A DNA stretch of 64,000 nt from Phyllosticta citribraziliensis (taxonomy: Eukaryota), in assembly GCF_038025025.1 (NCBI RefSeq), contig NW_027117347.1, positions 434,001 through 498,000 on the forward strand, written 5' to 3'. The notes beneath the pieces are model-generated. The model saw only the letters and a list, made by a program, of their open reading frames with translations, ran no database searches and was not told where the DNA came from. Below, in pieces: positions 1 through 14,600 of the stretch. The position numbers and the translations under genes were made by a program. Each line of letters begins with the position of its first letter. Positions within the stretch are counted from its first letter, which is position 1.

Positions 1-1893
1 ATATTAATACTAAGATAGGAAAACTATTTATAGAGTTCTTCTATATCCTTTATACTAAGGTTTAATTCTTAGTATAAAGAGTTTCTAAAACTATTAATAA
101 CTACCTTATTAAGGGGTCCTTCTTTAAAGGCTATAGGTTTTATAAAGGTAGAAGGTTTAATATATTTATTTAATTTAAAGTCTAGGATAATCTCCTTATA
201 TAGTTTAAGATCTAGTTTAAGATATTAAGAGAGTAAATACTTAGACTAATAAGTTAAATTATTAGCTTAGACTTATTCTAATATTTTAGTAATTTCTTTA
301 GCTTAGTTTATATTCTTAACTAGTTTATCCTAGGACTAGTTATCTCTTTTACTTTATATAAAATTATATTTCTTAAGAATCTATACTATATCTTTATTAG
401 GGTATCCTTTAAAGAATAATTTAATTTATTAAGTTTCTATTATAAATCCCTTTTTTTTAACTAGCTTAGAATCTATCTTATATACCTACTAGTACTAATA
501 AAAGTACTTCTAGTTATTCTAAAGATTCTTCTTTTCCTTAATAAGATAATAAAGCTACTTTAAAATTCCTTTATCTTTCTCTAGGTCTCCTTTAGAGTAG
601 TTAATAAGGAACTATTCTTTAAAGGCTTTCTAATCCCCCTTTTTCCCTATCTTCTTAGTTTTAACTACTTAGTAGTTATCCCTTCCTTTAAAATACTAAA
701 CTAATTCTATATATTTAGCCTAGTTATTATATCTATAAGAGTTAAGAAGATATTTAAAGTTATATATCTACTCTATAGCTTATTTCTTAATAAAGAGTAG
801 GTAGGTAGTAGATCTATACTTTAAAAGTAGTTATTTAATTATAATAGCTTACTATAGTAGGGATATTTCTCTACTAGAGATTAGGGTTTAATAGATATTA
901 ATATAGGTAAGAAGTACCTAGAACTAGTTAGGGGTAAAGATATAGCTAATAATTAGGGGGGATTCTATAGTTCTAGTATTATTTTATAGAGTCTTAGTTC
1001 TTCCTATCTAATCTCTTAATAATAAGTTAAGTTATAACCTATTATTATTAAAAAGAGGTAATAATATTCTTTAGAGAGAGAGTAGAAGATAAGTTTAAAG
1101 TTAGTTTTAAGGTTTTAGAGGGTCTATTTAAGAGTAATCTTTTTAAGGAATAATTTAACTTACCTAACTTAGATACTTTTAGTAATCTTCTTAAATTCCT
1201 ATAAGTCTTAGTTAAATTTAAGTATTAGTAAAAGGTCTTAGGTTTTTTAAGGTTAAATAATAAGGGTTTAAATAGGTAGGCTTTAGATAAGATATCCTTA
1301 ATATATTAATTAGAACTAGTTCTAAGTAAATAAGAAATATTTTTTAGGATTTTACTTATAATTTAAAAAGCTTAATAGGATATAATTATCTAAATAAAGA
1401 TATAATATAGTAGGTACTCTAGCTAGAAAGGATAATAAGGTCTTAAGAAGTAGAGGTAAGGTTACTCTAAACCCTAAAAAGCTTCTTACTTTACTCTAAG
1501 TTTTCTTAATAAGGGATAAAAGAATAAAGATGAGGATAATTAATAGAAATAGATTAATTTAAGTTTTACCTTATTAGTACTTATTTATTAATCTCTTTTA
1601 TATCTTATATCTTATATACTTACCTACTTAAAGTTTAATTACTTACTCCTTCCTCTTATATACTTCCCTCTATTATATATAGCTATAATAACCTTATATA
1701 CTCTAATTATCCCTTCTATATATAGTTACTCCTTCTTCTTCCTCTAATACTCCTTCTCTTTATATAACTACTCTAGATTATAACCTATCTTAGTTATAGT
1801 CTATCTTAGACTATTAGTATCTTTCTTATAATTACTCTAGACTAAGTCTATTTTAGATATCTTTCTATTTATATTAACTACTAATATAGTAAA
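1..1893 (-). mobile_element. RIP-degraded relic, probably the gag/5' part of a third LTR retrotransposon (element C), truncated at element A
   Basis: One minus frame at ~380-1100 reads ...KGD*KAFKE*FLINYSKGDLEKDKGILK*LYYLIKEKKNL*...IKLFFKGYP, which resembles a fungal retrotransposon Gag once RIP changes are reversed. No catalytic motif was seen. Confidence 0.4.
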
Positions 1894-2094
1894 TATTACG
1901 CGCCGCTCAGCGTGTATAGTTTATATTTTATAGTATTTAGCGCTTAGTATTTACCACTTATATATATACTAGCTATTTATAGCTAGCTAAGGTATAGATA
2001 GTTATTCTATATAGGCTATATAATAACTACTCTTACTCCTTACTTATTAATTAGTAGTAGTCTATATTAATTTACTCTACTAGGTACTATAAAA
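1894..2094 (+). repeat. 5' LTR of element A (~200 bp; 3' end uncertain by 2-3 bp)
   Basis: Colinear with 20812-21012, differing almost only by C>T/G>A. Starts TATTACGCGCC (inferred original TGTTAC). Confidence 0.88.
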
Positions 2095-5093
2095 CTATTA
2101 ATAAGTCTCTTACTACTTATAAGAGGATAAGACTTATTATCTATCCCTTACTAATAAGTTTTCTCACTTTAATTATACCCTATAAGGTATTAGGATAAAA
2201 TACTATAATTTTAGATATACTAGAAGTACTAGGTATTATTATTATTATAGTCTATAGCCTTAGGTAAGGTATATAAGTAAGATTCTAGACTAAGATAGTC
2301 CTATTAGTAATAGAGATATAATATCTTATTATATTATATAGTTAATAACCTATATAATAGCTAAGAGTAGCTAGTCTACTAATAGTATAGTACTATTAGC
2401 TACTCCTTAATCTATACTATTAGCTAGCTAGTAGTTATCTACTACTAGCCTATTATTAGGCTAATCTATTACCCCCTAGGGTAATAATAATAATAAATTA
2501 CCTACTAGTACTATAGTACTAATAATCTAATAGCTCTAGGAGTAGGTCCTCGGGCTTATATAGGTAATTTATAATAGGGGTAATATACTAGGCTATAAGG
2601 TCTAGTACTAATTTACTAATCCTAAGTACTAGTCTAGTATTAGCTTATCTAAGGACTATTATATATAGTATAGTAGTATTAAGGATAAGCTATTATTTAA
2701 TAGTAGCTAGTATTAGGATAATATAGTAAAGGCTATATATATTTACTCTTACCTAGCTAGTAAGGCTACTTTAGCTAATATTACTATTAATAATAATAAT
2801 AATAATAAAGAAGATAATAGTAATAACCCTAAGACTATCTAGACCTTATTAGATAGCCTATATAGTATTATAGATTAGTAAGGCTATACTATTACTTAGC
2901 TTACTATTATAGACTTAGTTTTAGATATTAGGGTAGCTTTTAAGATATTACTATATATATTTTATATATTAGCTTACTAAGCTAGGTAGGATAGCTATAT
3001 AACTAAGGACTAGCTAATCTATAAGCTCTATAAGCTATTCTATAATATTACTATTACTAATGTTATAGCTAGCTATAGTAAGCTATTATAGGTCTTAGAC
3101 TAGGCTACTAATATTAGCTAGGCTAAGCTATTATTTATTTTATAACTAATAGGCTACTATTAGGGTATAATCTATATCTTAGCCTTATTAGCTAGGCCCT
3201 TCTATTAGGTAATACCTATTATTAGTAATACTAGTAGTATGAAATAGAAGTAAATAGCTATATTAGATAACTATAGCTATTAGTATTATAATAGTCCTAA
3301 GTATTAGATTAAAGATTACCTATATATAGACCTTACTAATTATTAGCTAATCTATACCTATATAGTAGCTAGTATAGAGGAGGTCTAAAAGGACTTTATA
3401 GATATAAAAGATATAAGTAAGGTTACTAGTATAGAGTCTAGTAATAAACTAGAGTTAGGAAATAAGTAGTCTTCTATAAAACTACTATAGGAGGTACTAT
3501 CTATAAGATAGTTATTAGTTATTTAATATAATTAGAGAATAGAGTTACTAGTCCTTCTTACTACTCTTATACTATATATATTTATATATATCCTAATAAA
3601 CTACTAAAGCTAGTTTAGGTCCTTATTAACTCTAGATATATAGGTAGCTTATATATAAGTTATTTACTAGAGTATAAGCTTATTACTACTAGTACCTAGA
3701 AGTAGTAGTTATGTAGGCTAATAATAATTAGTAACTATATATAAAGCTAGACCTAATAGCTTACCTATAAGCTTATTATAGGCCTATCCTTTAACTTAGC
3801 TAATATAGATAATATAGCCTTATATAACTTATAGACTTTAATAACTACTATCTAAATTAGCCCTATATATATATTTATTAGCCTAGAGTATATATATTAA
3901 TTTAGCTTTATCTTAGACCTAGTATCTATAGTATTATAGATTTATAGAGTAAAGTTAGTTAGTTCATATAAGTATAGTATTAATTTAGAAAATATTATTA
4001 TAACTAAACCTTAGATAGCCTCTAAGCTAATTAAATCCTTACTACCTATTTAGATAATATCTTAGATATTATAAGAGAGTATAGCCTATCTATCTATATC
4101 TACTATAGCTATACCCTTACTAATAACTATAACTATAACTCTCCTCTAGATTAATAGCTAGTTATCTAATAACTATACCTTACTATTATTACTATCTATA
4201 AATAATACTACCTTATCCCTACTATAGCCTACTATTATAACTCCTATTAAGATCTTATACTATAGCTTACCTCTTAATAATAATCTATTAATTTCCTTTC
4301 TATAAGTTAGTATTAAATAAGTTAGCTAGCTATTCTAGTTATAATATTATAAGCTAGGCCTACTAGAATATATATAGTTATAATACTAATACTAAAGCTA
4401 ATAGGTACCTAGGGATATCTCTATTATAAAAGAGACTATAAGTTAGCTTAATAAATAGAGCTAGTCCTAGATAAGCTTATTAGCTAATATTATACTAATT
4501 TCTACTTTTAATACTATCCTATCATAATACTACCTAGGATATAAGGCCTACTCTATCTATATCTTTACTCCTATTAATAACTTAGAGTATACTAAACTTT
4601 ACTTATCTAAGCCTATTATATAAGCCTTTAATACTAGTAGTAATAAATCTTACCTCTATTATACTATCCCCTATAAGTATTATAATCTTTTAGATATATT
4701 CTATAATACTAACCCTCTCCCTTATACCTATCTATAAATTAACTTCTATATAGAGCTAAAAGATAGTACTAAATCTAAAGATCTTAGTTATATACTATTC
4801 TATTATACTAATAATATCTAGCTAGTAGAGATTAAGAGGTATATTTAAAAGGGTATTAATCTTAGTATACTAGAGTCTAGTAAGATAGGTATAGCCTTAC
4901 CTATTTTACTTATAACTAAGCCTAATAGTAGTAATTATTTCTATATTAATTACTAAAAACTTAATAAACTTATAAAAAAGGACTACTATCCCCTTCTATT
5001 ACTAGATAAGATAATTAGCTAGATATATAGTACTAAGTATATTACTAAGCTTAATATTAAATAGCCCTTCTACTATATATATATTATAGATAA

Positions 5094-5298
5094 TATGAGG
5101 CTTAAAGAGGTAAATACTATATTTAGCTAACTAAAAGTCTAAGGTAAAGAGAAAAGGAGAAGTAGTACTAAGAAGAAGATAGGAATATAGTTATAATAGG
5201 CTAATTATTTAGCCTACTAAGTAAGTATATAGTTATATACTTACTTATACTAGATTAGGTTCTAATAAACTAGTCTTTATATAGGTATAGGCCTAATA
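5094..5298 (-). repeat. 3' LTR of B1
   Basis: Matches 17955-18159 directly, and 11412-11616 and 17739-17943 as reverse complement. Followed by a C-run (PPT on the minus strand). Confidence 0.92.
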
Positions 5299-8200
5299 CT
5301 ACCCCCCCCTCTATTAGGTAAAGTCCCTTAAGCTAGAAAGATAGTAGTACCTAGTAGGTCTCCCTCTAGGTCTATCTAATAAACTAAATTATCTAGAGGA
5401 GGTAGTTTACCTAGATTAAGGTAATAATATTCTAGAATAAGGTTCTTTAAATAGATAAAGTTAGTTTAAAGGAGCTATTAGGGGTTAGTATTCTAGTTAT
5501 CCTAGTTATTAATAAAGGTAGCCTTATATTAGATATTAAAGTACTTTATCTTATAGAAGTTAATAATCTTAGTAACTTCCTACTTACTATAAGGTTTATC
5601 TTTAGGGTTATTATAAGTAAGGATATTAGGGCTAATAGGTTTAAAAATTTAACTAGAAAAAGGGGTAGAGATAAGATAAAGTTTCTATAAGTAGAAAATT
5701 AATATAAGGCTATTAATAAGCTTATCCTTTAGGATAATAAGCTTATAGGCCTTATAATTAATAATATACTTAATTAGCTAGAGGCTATACTATTTCTAGT
5801 CTAAACTTTTACTAGGCCTTATAATAGAGAAGTTCTATATATTAATATAGATAAGGTCTCTAACCTTATAGTTTAGGTATAGGGCCTAGTATTTATTAGT
5901 ATAGTAGGTATAGTCCTCTTATATAGCTTAAATAAGTATACTAAGTTACTAGTTAATAGTATAAGTCTAAATAATAATATAGTTAGTATAGTTAATTTAA
6001 AGGTCTTAGTTAATATTTAAAAATAGGGGCTTAATTCTAATATATAGGTTATATCTATAGTTAGTAAAAAATAGGGATATATTAATAGAGGAGTTAATAT
6101 AGTTATTAAGAGTAAACTTAATATAGAGAAGCTAGAATATCTAGTTATTTTAGTAGTAGTTAATAAAGGTATAGAGGATATTCTTAATAGATTTATTAGT
6201 TATTTTAATCTAGCTATTAGTCTTAGGATACTAGGCTAAAGAGTACTTAATTTTAATACTATAATAGTAGTAGATATAGTACTAAACTTAGATAAGTATA
6301 ATATTATTATAGTTATTAATAAATTCCTTATAAAAACCTTATATATAGAAGAGATAATAGGTAATAGCCTTATATAAGGAGTTAATCCTATTATCTAGAA
6401 GTCCTTTTAAGATAATAGCCTTTATAAGGTAGTTAACTATAATAAGGATATAGGAATAGTTCTAATTATAGAAATAAGAGTTTAGAAGGTACTTAATAAA
6501 GTTAAAGCTAATACTAGTCTAATAGTAGATTAATAATTCTAGTAGTTAAAGAAAACCTTACTTCTTTTAATTATTAGTAGAAGACTAGTAGTATTAGATA
6601 TAAATATAAATAAAGATTAAATAATTATTCTTTAGATTAGATTAATAGTAGGAGTAGTTAATAAGTTTACTTATTAATTTATAACTAGGGTAACTAAGGT
6701 ATAATAGAAGGTAATAAGCCTATATAACCTTAAGATATAGTTTAGAGTTATTAGAGATAAAGAGCTAATTTTTTATAAAAAGGTAGCTATTCTTAACCTT
6801 TAGATATCCTATATAAAGATAATAGCCCTTTTTAATAAGGAGTATTAGAATCTTTAAATTCTAATTTTATATAGCTATTATAAGGTATTATATATCCTTA
6901 TTAGTTTTATAGGCTTTAGTAATAAGTTCTTATAGATAAGTAGTACTAGGGGCTCTATAGCTTTCTTCTAATAGAATAGTTAATAAGGATAGAGGGGATA
7001 GATTAGAAGTAGTAAAAATAGGCTAGTCTATAATATAGGGTATAATAGAGAGATAAGAGATAGCTAACTATAAAATTAGATCTAAATAGTATTATTTTAA
7101 AACTATCTAGTATTAATATAATTAATAGATATTAGAGTTATTTTAAGGAAGGTTCTAGAAGTATCTAATAAGGAAATTAGATTTTTTATCTTATTTACTA
7201 GGGTAATATATAATTTTAAAGTTAAATTTAGATAAGAACTTAGCCTAGTAGGCTTATTAATAGTTAAAATTTTTAATAGTTATAAACTATTCTAGATTCT
7301 TATAATTTAAAAAGATCTTTATTAAGTTATCTAGTTCTATATTAATAGCTTTAAGATACTAGGACTCTAATACCTTAATAATAATAAATAACTCTTTATT
7401 ATAAATTTTATAATTATACTCTATTAGAGATATTTTCTTAAAGAAAAAGGCTACTAGGTAAAGTTATCTATTAATAACTTAGAAAAGAACCCTAATAGTA
7501 ATAAAGTTAAAGATATCTATCTTAATTTATATTTCTTATTTAGGATTAAAGTAGATAAATATTAAAGTAGAAGTAAATATAGTCTTAAGGGCCTAAAAGA
7601 TATATTTATATTTAGGGGTCTAATTTAGAATAGTATAAATATAGTATTTTTTTTTAAAGGAGTAGTCTTTAGTTCCCCTTTAATAAATTCTATAAATAAT
7701 TAAGTAAATAAGGAGAAATTCTTAATAAAATAATAATAGAAATTAATAAAGCTAAAGAAGGCCTAGATATTTTTAATAGACTTTAAAATTTACTAGTTTA
7801 ATATTACTTCTATCTTTTTAGGGTCTATATAGATACTATTAATACTAATAAAAAGACTAAGGTATTTAACTTTTTCTATATAGAATTTATACTTATAGAT
7901 ATTAATAAAGAGTTTCTAATTAAATAAATAGATAATAATTTTTTAGATATATTTCTTATATTTCTCTAGTATCTTATTAAAGATAAGAATATTATTAAGA
8001 TAAACTATAGTTTAAAGGTTAAAATAATCTTTAAAAGAGTTATTAATATAATTTTAGAAAATTCTAAGAGTATTATAAAGTTTAAATAGTATTACTAGGT
8101 ACTTAAACTAATTATAATAGATAGTAAAGGCTATTTTCTATTTATCTCCTATAATAATCTAAATTCTATTAAAGGTAGTAATAATATTAAGCTTTATAAA

Positions 8201-11200
8201 ATACTTATAGCCCTAGAGATACTAAAGAGTTTTAGCTATATTTAGAATTAGATACTAGTTCTTAATAATAATTTTATTAAGGCCTCTATAATTAATATAG
8301 ATTTAAAGGCCTCTACTAGGTTTCCTAATAATAAGTACTAGGGCTATAGCTAGAAAGGAGCTAAGATAAGTATATTCTTTATATATAAAGTTATTAATAT
8401 AGTAGTAGACTATTTCTATCTTTTATAAATTAAGAGATTAGTAGCTATAAATAAATAAGGGATCCTTTTTAGTTTTAAAGATAATTTTATAGTCTTTAAA
8501 GGAGTAATTAGGTAGAGATTTAGCCTAGTCCTAATTAAAGATAGAGATTAGGTTATAAAGGTAATTAAAGACTTATAATTTAAATTTAAAAGATAAGAGC
8601 TTAGGTTTTTCTTTTTTAAACTTTTTAAAGTCTTTAGGAGTAATAGTATTTATTATTATAAAATAGAGCTAGATAATAGAGTTAATTAAAAAGATAATAT
8701 CTAAATTATAGTTTTATTTATAGGTAAGTTAGTAGAAGGATATAATACTAATAAATTTTATATTAAAGGCTAATTACTCTATACCTTATTATAATAGAGA
8801 AATATTTATAGTAAGAATTTAGATTAGTTTTCCTTTAATAAGATAACTAGCTTAAAGATAATCTTTAGAAAAGAGAGTAATTAAGTACTATTTATAATTA
8901 ATAGTAGTATTATACTTAAAGAGCTAAGGGTCTTCTAAAATAAGGGAAATTTATAGAATAATAGTAATATAATAGAAGATCTAGCTAATATAGTCTTCTA
9001 GTATTATATTTACTAGAGTAGTATATTTAAGAATAGAGTTAATTAATCTATTAATATTAAGAAGCTTTATAAGTAACTAAAATAGGAATATATTAATATA
9101 ATATTTATATATATAATTCTTATTAATTATATTTACTTTAGTACTACTATTAAATAAGATCTTAATAAAGGAACTATCTATTAAAGAGTAAAAGACTAGA
9201 TATCCTCTAATTTAGGGTTAAATAATATTTAATATTAAAATCTTATAAAATAGTAAGCTAAGAGTTAAATCTTATTTAATAGAAAAGAAATAGAGGAATA
9301 TAAATTATATTAGCTAAGAATTTAGAGGGTAACTATTCTTTAGGTTTAACCTTTTAATTTAGAGTTAATATTAGTTTCCTTATTAATAGAAGAATCTTCT
9401 AATAAACTAATATCTATAAGGTTTATATAAGTAAGGTAGGAGCTAGTATTCTAAGTAGGATAGATAATATTATTAGTATAATATTTAGAATTTTAATAGT
9501 AAAAATAATAGTTTTAAATAATAAGCCTTATATAGCTAGTTAAATTAAACTTCTTAAAGAATAATTTAGGCTTATATTAAACTCTAATTTAATTTAAAGG
9601 CCTTATAGTAGTAGGCTTCTATTTAGGGCTAGAGTTAATATTAGGGGTTAAGGCTAGTATATAGAAGGTAGAATAGATAGAGTTATTTCTAATTAGCTAG
9701 TTTTACTAGTAAGAGAACTAGATATAAGGCTAATAAATATTAATATTAAAAGTATTTCTTTTAATATTTTAAAGAATTTTAAGGGCCTTAAAAGTCTAGG
9801 TAAAGATTAGATAGAGAATATAATAAAAGAGGGAGAGATAAAGAGAGTAAATAAAGCTATAGAGCTATTAATCCTCTATATAATTAATTTAAGACTAGAG
9901 AGTAAGGAGTTTTATATAAAATTAAAAGGTATTTTTATCTCCTTTTTAATAAATAGAATAGAGTTTAGTATAGGCCCTTTTAACTAGATCTAATATATTA
10001 GACTAGTATTTAATTTTATAGAAGAAGTTAGAAAAAGAGATAAAATAGCCTTTTTAATTATAATAAGTAAACTATTCTTATATAGAGATAAAGAGAGGGT
10101 TATTAAAAAAGTAAAGAGTATAAAATATCTTTTTCTTTTTTATAGAGTAGAAAGGTATATCTATTTCTAATTTAATCTTAATAATAAAGTACTATTAGAT
10201 ATATTTATTAGGGTTTATACTATTAAATTTCTTTAATAGGTATATACTAAATTTCTAGAAGGATTTAAATAGGTTAACCTAAGTAGTAATAGAGTCTTTA
10301 TAGAGAAAGGAGGTCTCTTTATAGTTATATATTAGGAATTAAATAGTAGTTATATAATTATTAGGAGTTTAGCTTATAGGTTTTTAAATTATAGTAAAGT
10401 AAGAGGGCTAGACTAGATAATAAGGAGGAAGATCTTTATTATTATTAATAATCTTAATATAAGGAGTATTAGTAACCTTATTAAAGAGCTAATTTTATAG
10501 AGAGATAGCTTTAACCTCTAAAGTATAAATCTCTTTAATAAGGACTTAATAGTCTACCTTCTAAGCTAATATAATAGTATCTTATCTTTCTATCCTAGTA
10601 TAGAGCCTATTAATAATATAGCTAAGATTAAAGTTCTTCTTTTTAAATTTATTAAAGATACTCTTTATACTATTATAAGAAGCCTAGAGGTATTTAAAAG
10701 TAGTTATTTCTTTTATAATAAATAAAGAGATTTTAGAGATAAGGATATAGTAAAGTATTTAGTAGTAATTTTTAATAAGGTCTTAAAAGAAGATAAATAA
10801 AGAAGGGGTAGTATTTAGAGTTTTAATAATAAAATTCTTAAAGATATATAAGGATTTCTATTTTAAAGAAAATAGGTAGTAGGCTCCTCTATTATAAATA
10901 GAGAGTTAATAAGGTTTAAGCTAGAATAAATAACTAGAATAATAGTATAATTAGATAAGGAGTTACTATTATTATTAATACTAATAATTTCTAAGCTAGG
11001 GAGTAGAATATTAGCTAGATTTATAATTAAATATATAATAAAAGGACCTTTATCCTTATCTAATTAAGGTCCTTATTTATTAGTAAAGAGTAGATAGTTA
11101 GAGGCTATTATCTTAACCTTATTAATATTAAGTTTAAGTATATTAGAGGTTTAAGGGGCTAGTTTATTTAAAGTATTTTAAGTAGTATTTATTAGAGTAT

Positions 11201-11411
11201 TAATAGTAGAAGAAGTTTAAGATAAGATTAATTAAGAGTAGATAATAGAGGTATAGTATAAGTACTTTATAGAGTAGTAAGGATAGAAGCTAAAGGCTTT
11301 AATAAATAGAGTATTTTAGGTATTAATTAATAGGGTAGATTTCTAAAGTAGGAAGTAGGGGCTACTTTAAATATAGTAATAAGATTATTAGATAAAGTTA
11401 AAGAGACCTTA

Positions 11412-11616
11412 TATTAGGCCCGCGCCTATATAAGGACTAGTTTACTAGAACCTAACCTAGTATAAGTAAGTATATAACTATATACTTACTTAGTAGGCTA
11501 AGTAATTAGCCTACTATAACTATATTCCTATCTTCTTCTTAGTACTACTTCTCTTTTTCTCTTTACCTTAGACTTTTAGTTAGCTAAATATAGTATTTAC
11601 CTCTTTAAGCCTTATA
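11412..11616 (+). repeat. 5' LTR of B2
   Basis: TATTAGGCCCGCGCC...CCTCTTTAAGCCTTATA, a direct repeat of 17739-17943. Confidence 0.93.
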
Positions 11617-14600
11617 TAAGTCTAAGATTACTTTAACTTTATCTAATAACCTTATTACTATATTTAAAGTAGCCTCTACTTCCTACTTTAGAAATCTACC
11701 CTATTAATTAGTATCTAAAATACTATATTTATTAAAGCCTTTAGCTCCTATCTTTACTATTTTATAGAGTATTTATACTATACCTCTATTATCTACTCTT
11801 AATTAGTCTTATTCTAAATTTCCTTTACTACTAATACTCTAGTAGATACTATTTAAAATACTTTAAATAAATTAGCCCCTTAAACCTCTAATATACTTAA
11901 ACTTAATATTAATAAGGCTAAAGTAATAGCCTCTAATTATTTACTCTTTACTAATAAATAAGGACCCTAACTAGATAAGGGTAAAGGTTCTTTTATTATA
12001 TATTTAGATATAAATCTAGCTAATATTCTATTCTCTAATTTAGAAATTACTAGTATTAATAATAATAGTAACTCTTTATCTAATTATACTACTATTCTAG
12101 TTATCTATTCTAGCTTAAACCTTACTAGCCTTTCTATTTATAATAGAGAAGCCTATTATTTATTTCCTTTAAAATAGGAATCTCTATATATCTTTAAAAA
12201 TTTTATTATTAAAACTCTAAATATTACCCCTTCCTTATTTACCTTTCTCTAAGACCTTATTAAGAATTACTATTAAATACTTTACTATATCCCTATCTTT
12301 AAAATCCCTTTATCTATTATAAAAGAAATAACTACTTTTAAATACCTTTAGATTTCTTATAATAGTATAAAGAGTATCTTTAATAAATTTAGAAAAAAGA
12401 ATTTTAATCTTAGCTATACTATTAATAGGCTCTATACTAGGATAGAAAGATAAGATACTACTATATTAGCTTAAAAGATAGACTATTAAGTTCTTATTAA
12501 AGAGATTTATATTTTAAAGGTTAAAGCTATCTCCTTATAAAACTAGCTCTTTAATAAGGTTACTAATACTCTTTATATTAAGGTTATTAGTAATAATAAA
12601 GACCTCTCTCCTTATTACTTAATCTAGCCCCTTTATTTTACTATAACTTAAGAATCTATAAGCTAAGCTCTTAATAATTATATAACTATTATTTAACTTC
12701 TAATATATAACTATAAAGAGACCCTCTTTCTCTATAAAGACTCTACTATTATTTAGATTAATTTATTTAAATCCTTTTAAAAGTCTAGTATATACCTATT
12801 AGAGAAATTTAATAGTATAAACCCTAATAAATATATCTAATAATATTTTACTATTAAGATTAAATTAGAAATAGATATACTTTTCTACTTAATAAAAAAG
12901 AGAAAGATATTCTATACTCTTTACTTTTTTAATAACCCTCTTTTTACCTCTATATAAGAATAGTTTATTTATTATAATTAAAAAGGCTACCTTATCTCCC
13001 TTTTTAATTTCTTCTATAAAATTAAATATTAGTCTAGTATATTAGATCTAGTTAAAAGGGCCTATATTAAACTCTACTCTATTTATTAAAGAGGAGATAA
13101 AAATACCTTCTAATTTTATATAAAACTCTTTACTCTTTAATTCTAAATTAATTATATAAAGAACTAATAGCTTTATAGCTTTATTTACTCTTTCTACCTC
13201 TTCCTCTCTTATTATATTCTCTATCTAATCTTTATCTAGACTTTTAAGGCCCTTAAAATTCTTTAGAATATTAAAAGAAATATTCTTAATATTAATATCT
13301 ACTAATCTTATATTTAGTCCTCTTATTAATAAAATTAACTAACTAGAAATAACTCTATTTATCCTATCTTCTATATACTAGCCTTAACCCCTAATATTAA
13401 CTCTAGCCCTAAATAGAAGCCTACTACTATAAGGCCTTTAAATTAAATTAGAGTTTAATATAAGCCTAAATTATTCTTTAAGAAGTTTAATTTAACTAGC
13501 TATATAAGACTTATTATTTAAGACTATTACTTTTACTATTAAAATTCTAAATATTATACTAATAATATTATCTATCCTACTTAGAATACTAGCTCCTACC
13601 TTACTTATATAAACCTTATAGATATTAGTTTATTAGAAGATTCTTCTATTAATAAGGAAACTAATATTAATTCTAAATTAAAAGGTTAAATTTAAAGAAT
13701 AGTTACCCTCTAAATTCTTAGCTAATATAATTTATATTCCTCTATTTCTTTTCTATTAAATAAGATTTAACTCTTAGCTTACTATTTTATAAGATTTTAA
13801 TATTAAATATTATTTAACCCTAAATTAGAGGATATCTAGTCTTTTACTCTTTAATAGATAGTTCCTTTATTAAGATCTTATTTAATAGTAGTACTAAAGT
13901 AAATATAATTAATAAGAATTATATATATAAATATTATATTAATATATTCCTATTTTAGTTACTTATAAAGCTTCTTAATATTAATAGATTAATTAACTCT
14001 ATTCTTAAATATACTACTCTAGTAAATATAATACTAGAAGACTATATTAGCTAGATCTTCTATTATATTACTATTATTCTATAAATTTCCCTTATTTTAG
14101 AAGACCCTTAGCTCTTTAAGTATAATACTACTATTAATTATAAATAGTACTTAATTACTCTCTTTTCTAAAGATTATCTTTAAGCTAGTTATCTTATTAA
14201 AGGAAAACTAATCTAAATTCTTACTATAAATATTTCTCTATTATAATAAGGTATAGAGTAATTAGCCTTTAATATAAAATTTATTAGTATTATATCCTTC
14301 TACTAACTTACCTATAAATAAAACTATAATTTAGATATTATCTTTTTAATTAACTCTATTATCTAGCTCTATTTTATAATAATAAATACTATTACTCCTA
14401 AAGACTTTAAAAAGTTTAAAAAAGAAAAACCTAAGCTCTTATCTTTTAAATTTAAATTATAAGTCTTTAATTACCTCTATAACCTAATCTCTATTTTTAA
14501 TTAGGACTAGGCTAAATCTCTACCTAATTACTCCTTTAAAGATTATAAAATTATCTTTAAAACTAAAAAGGATCCCTTATTTATTTATAGCTACTAATCT

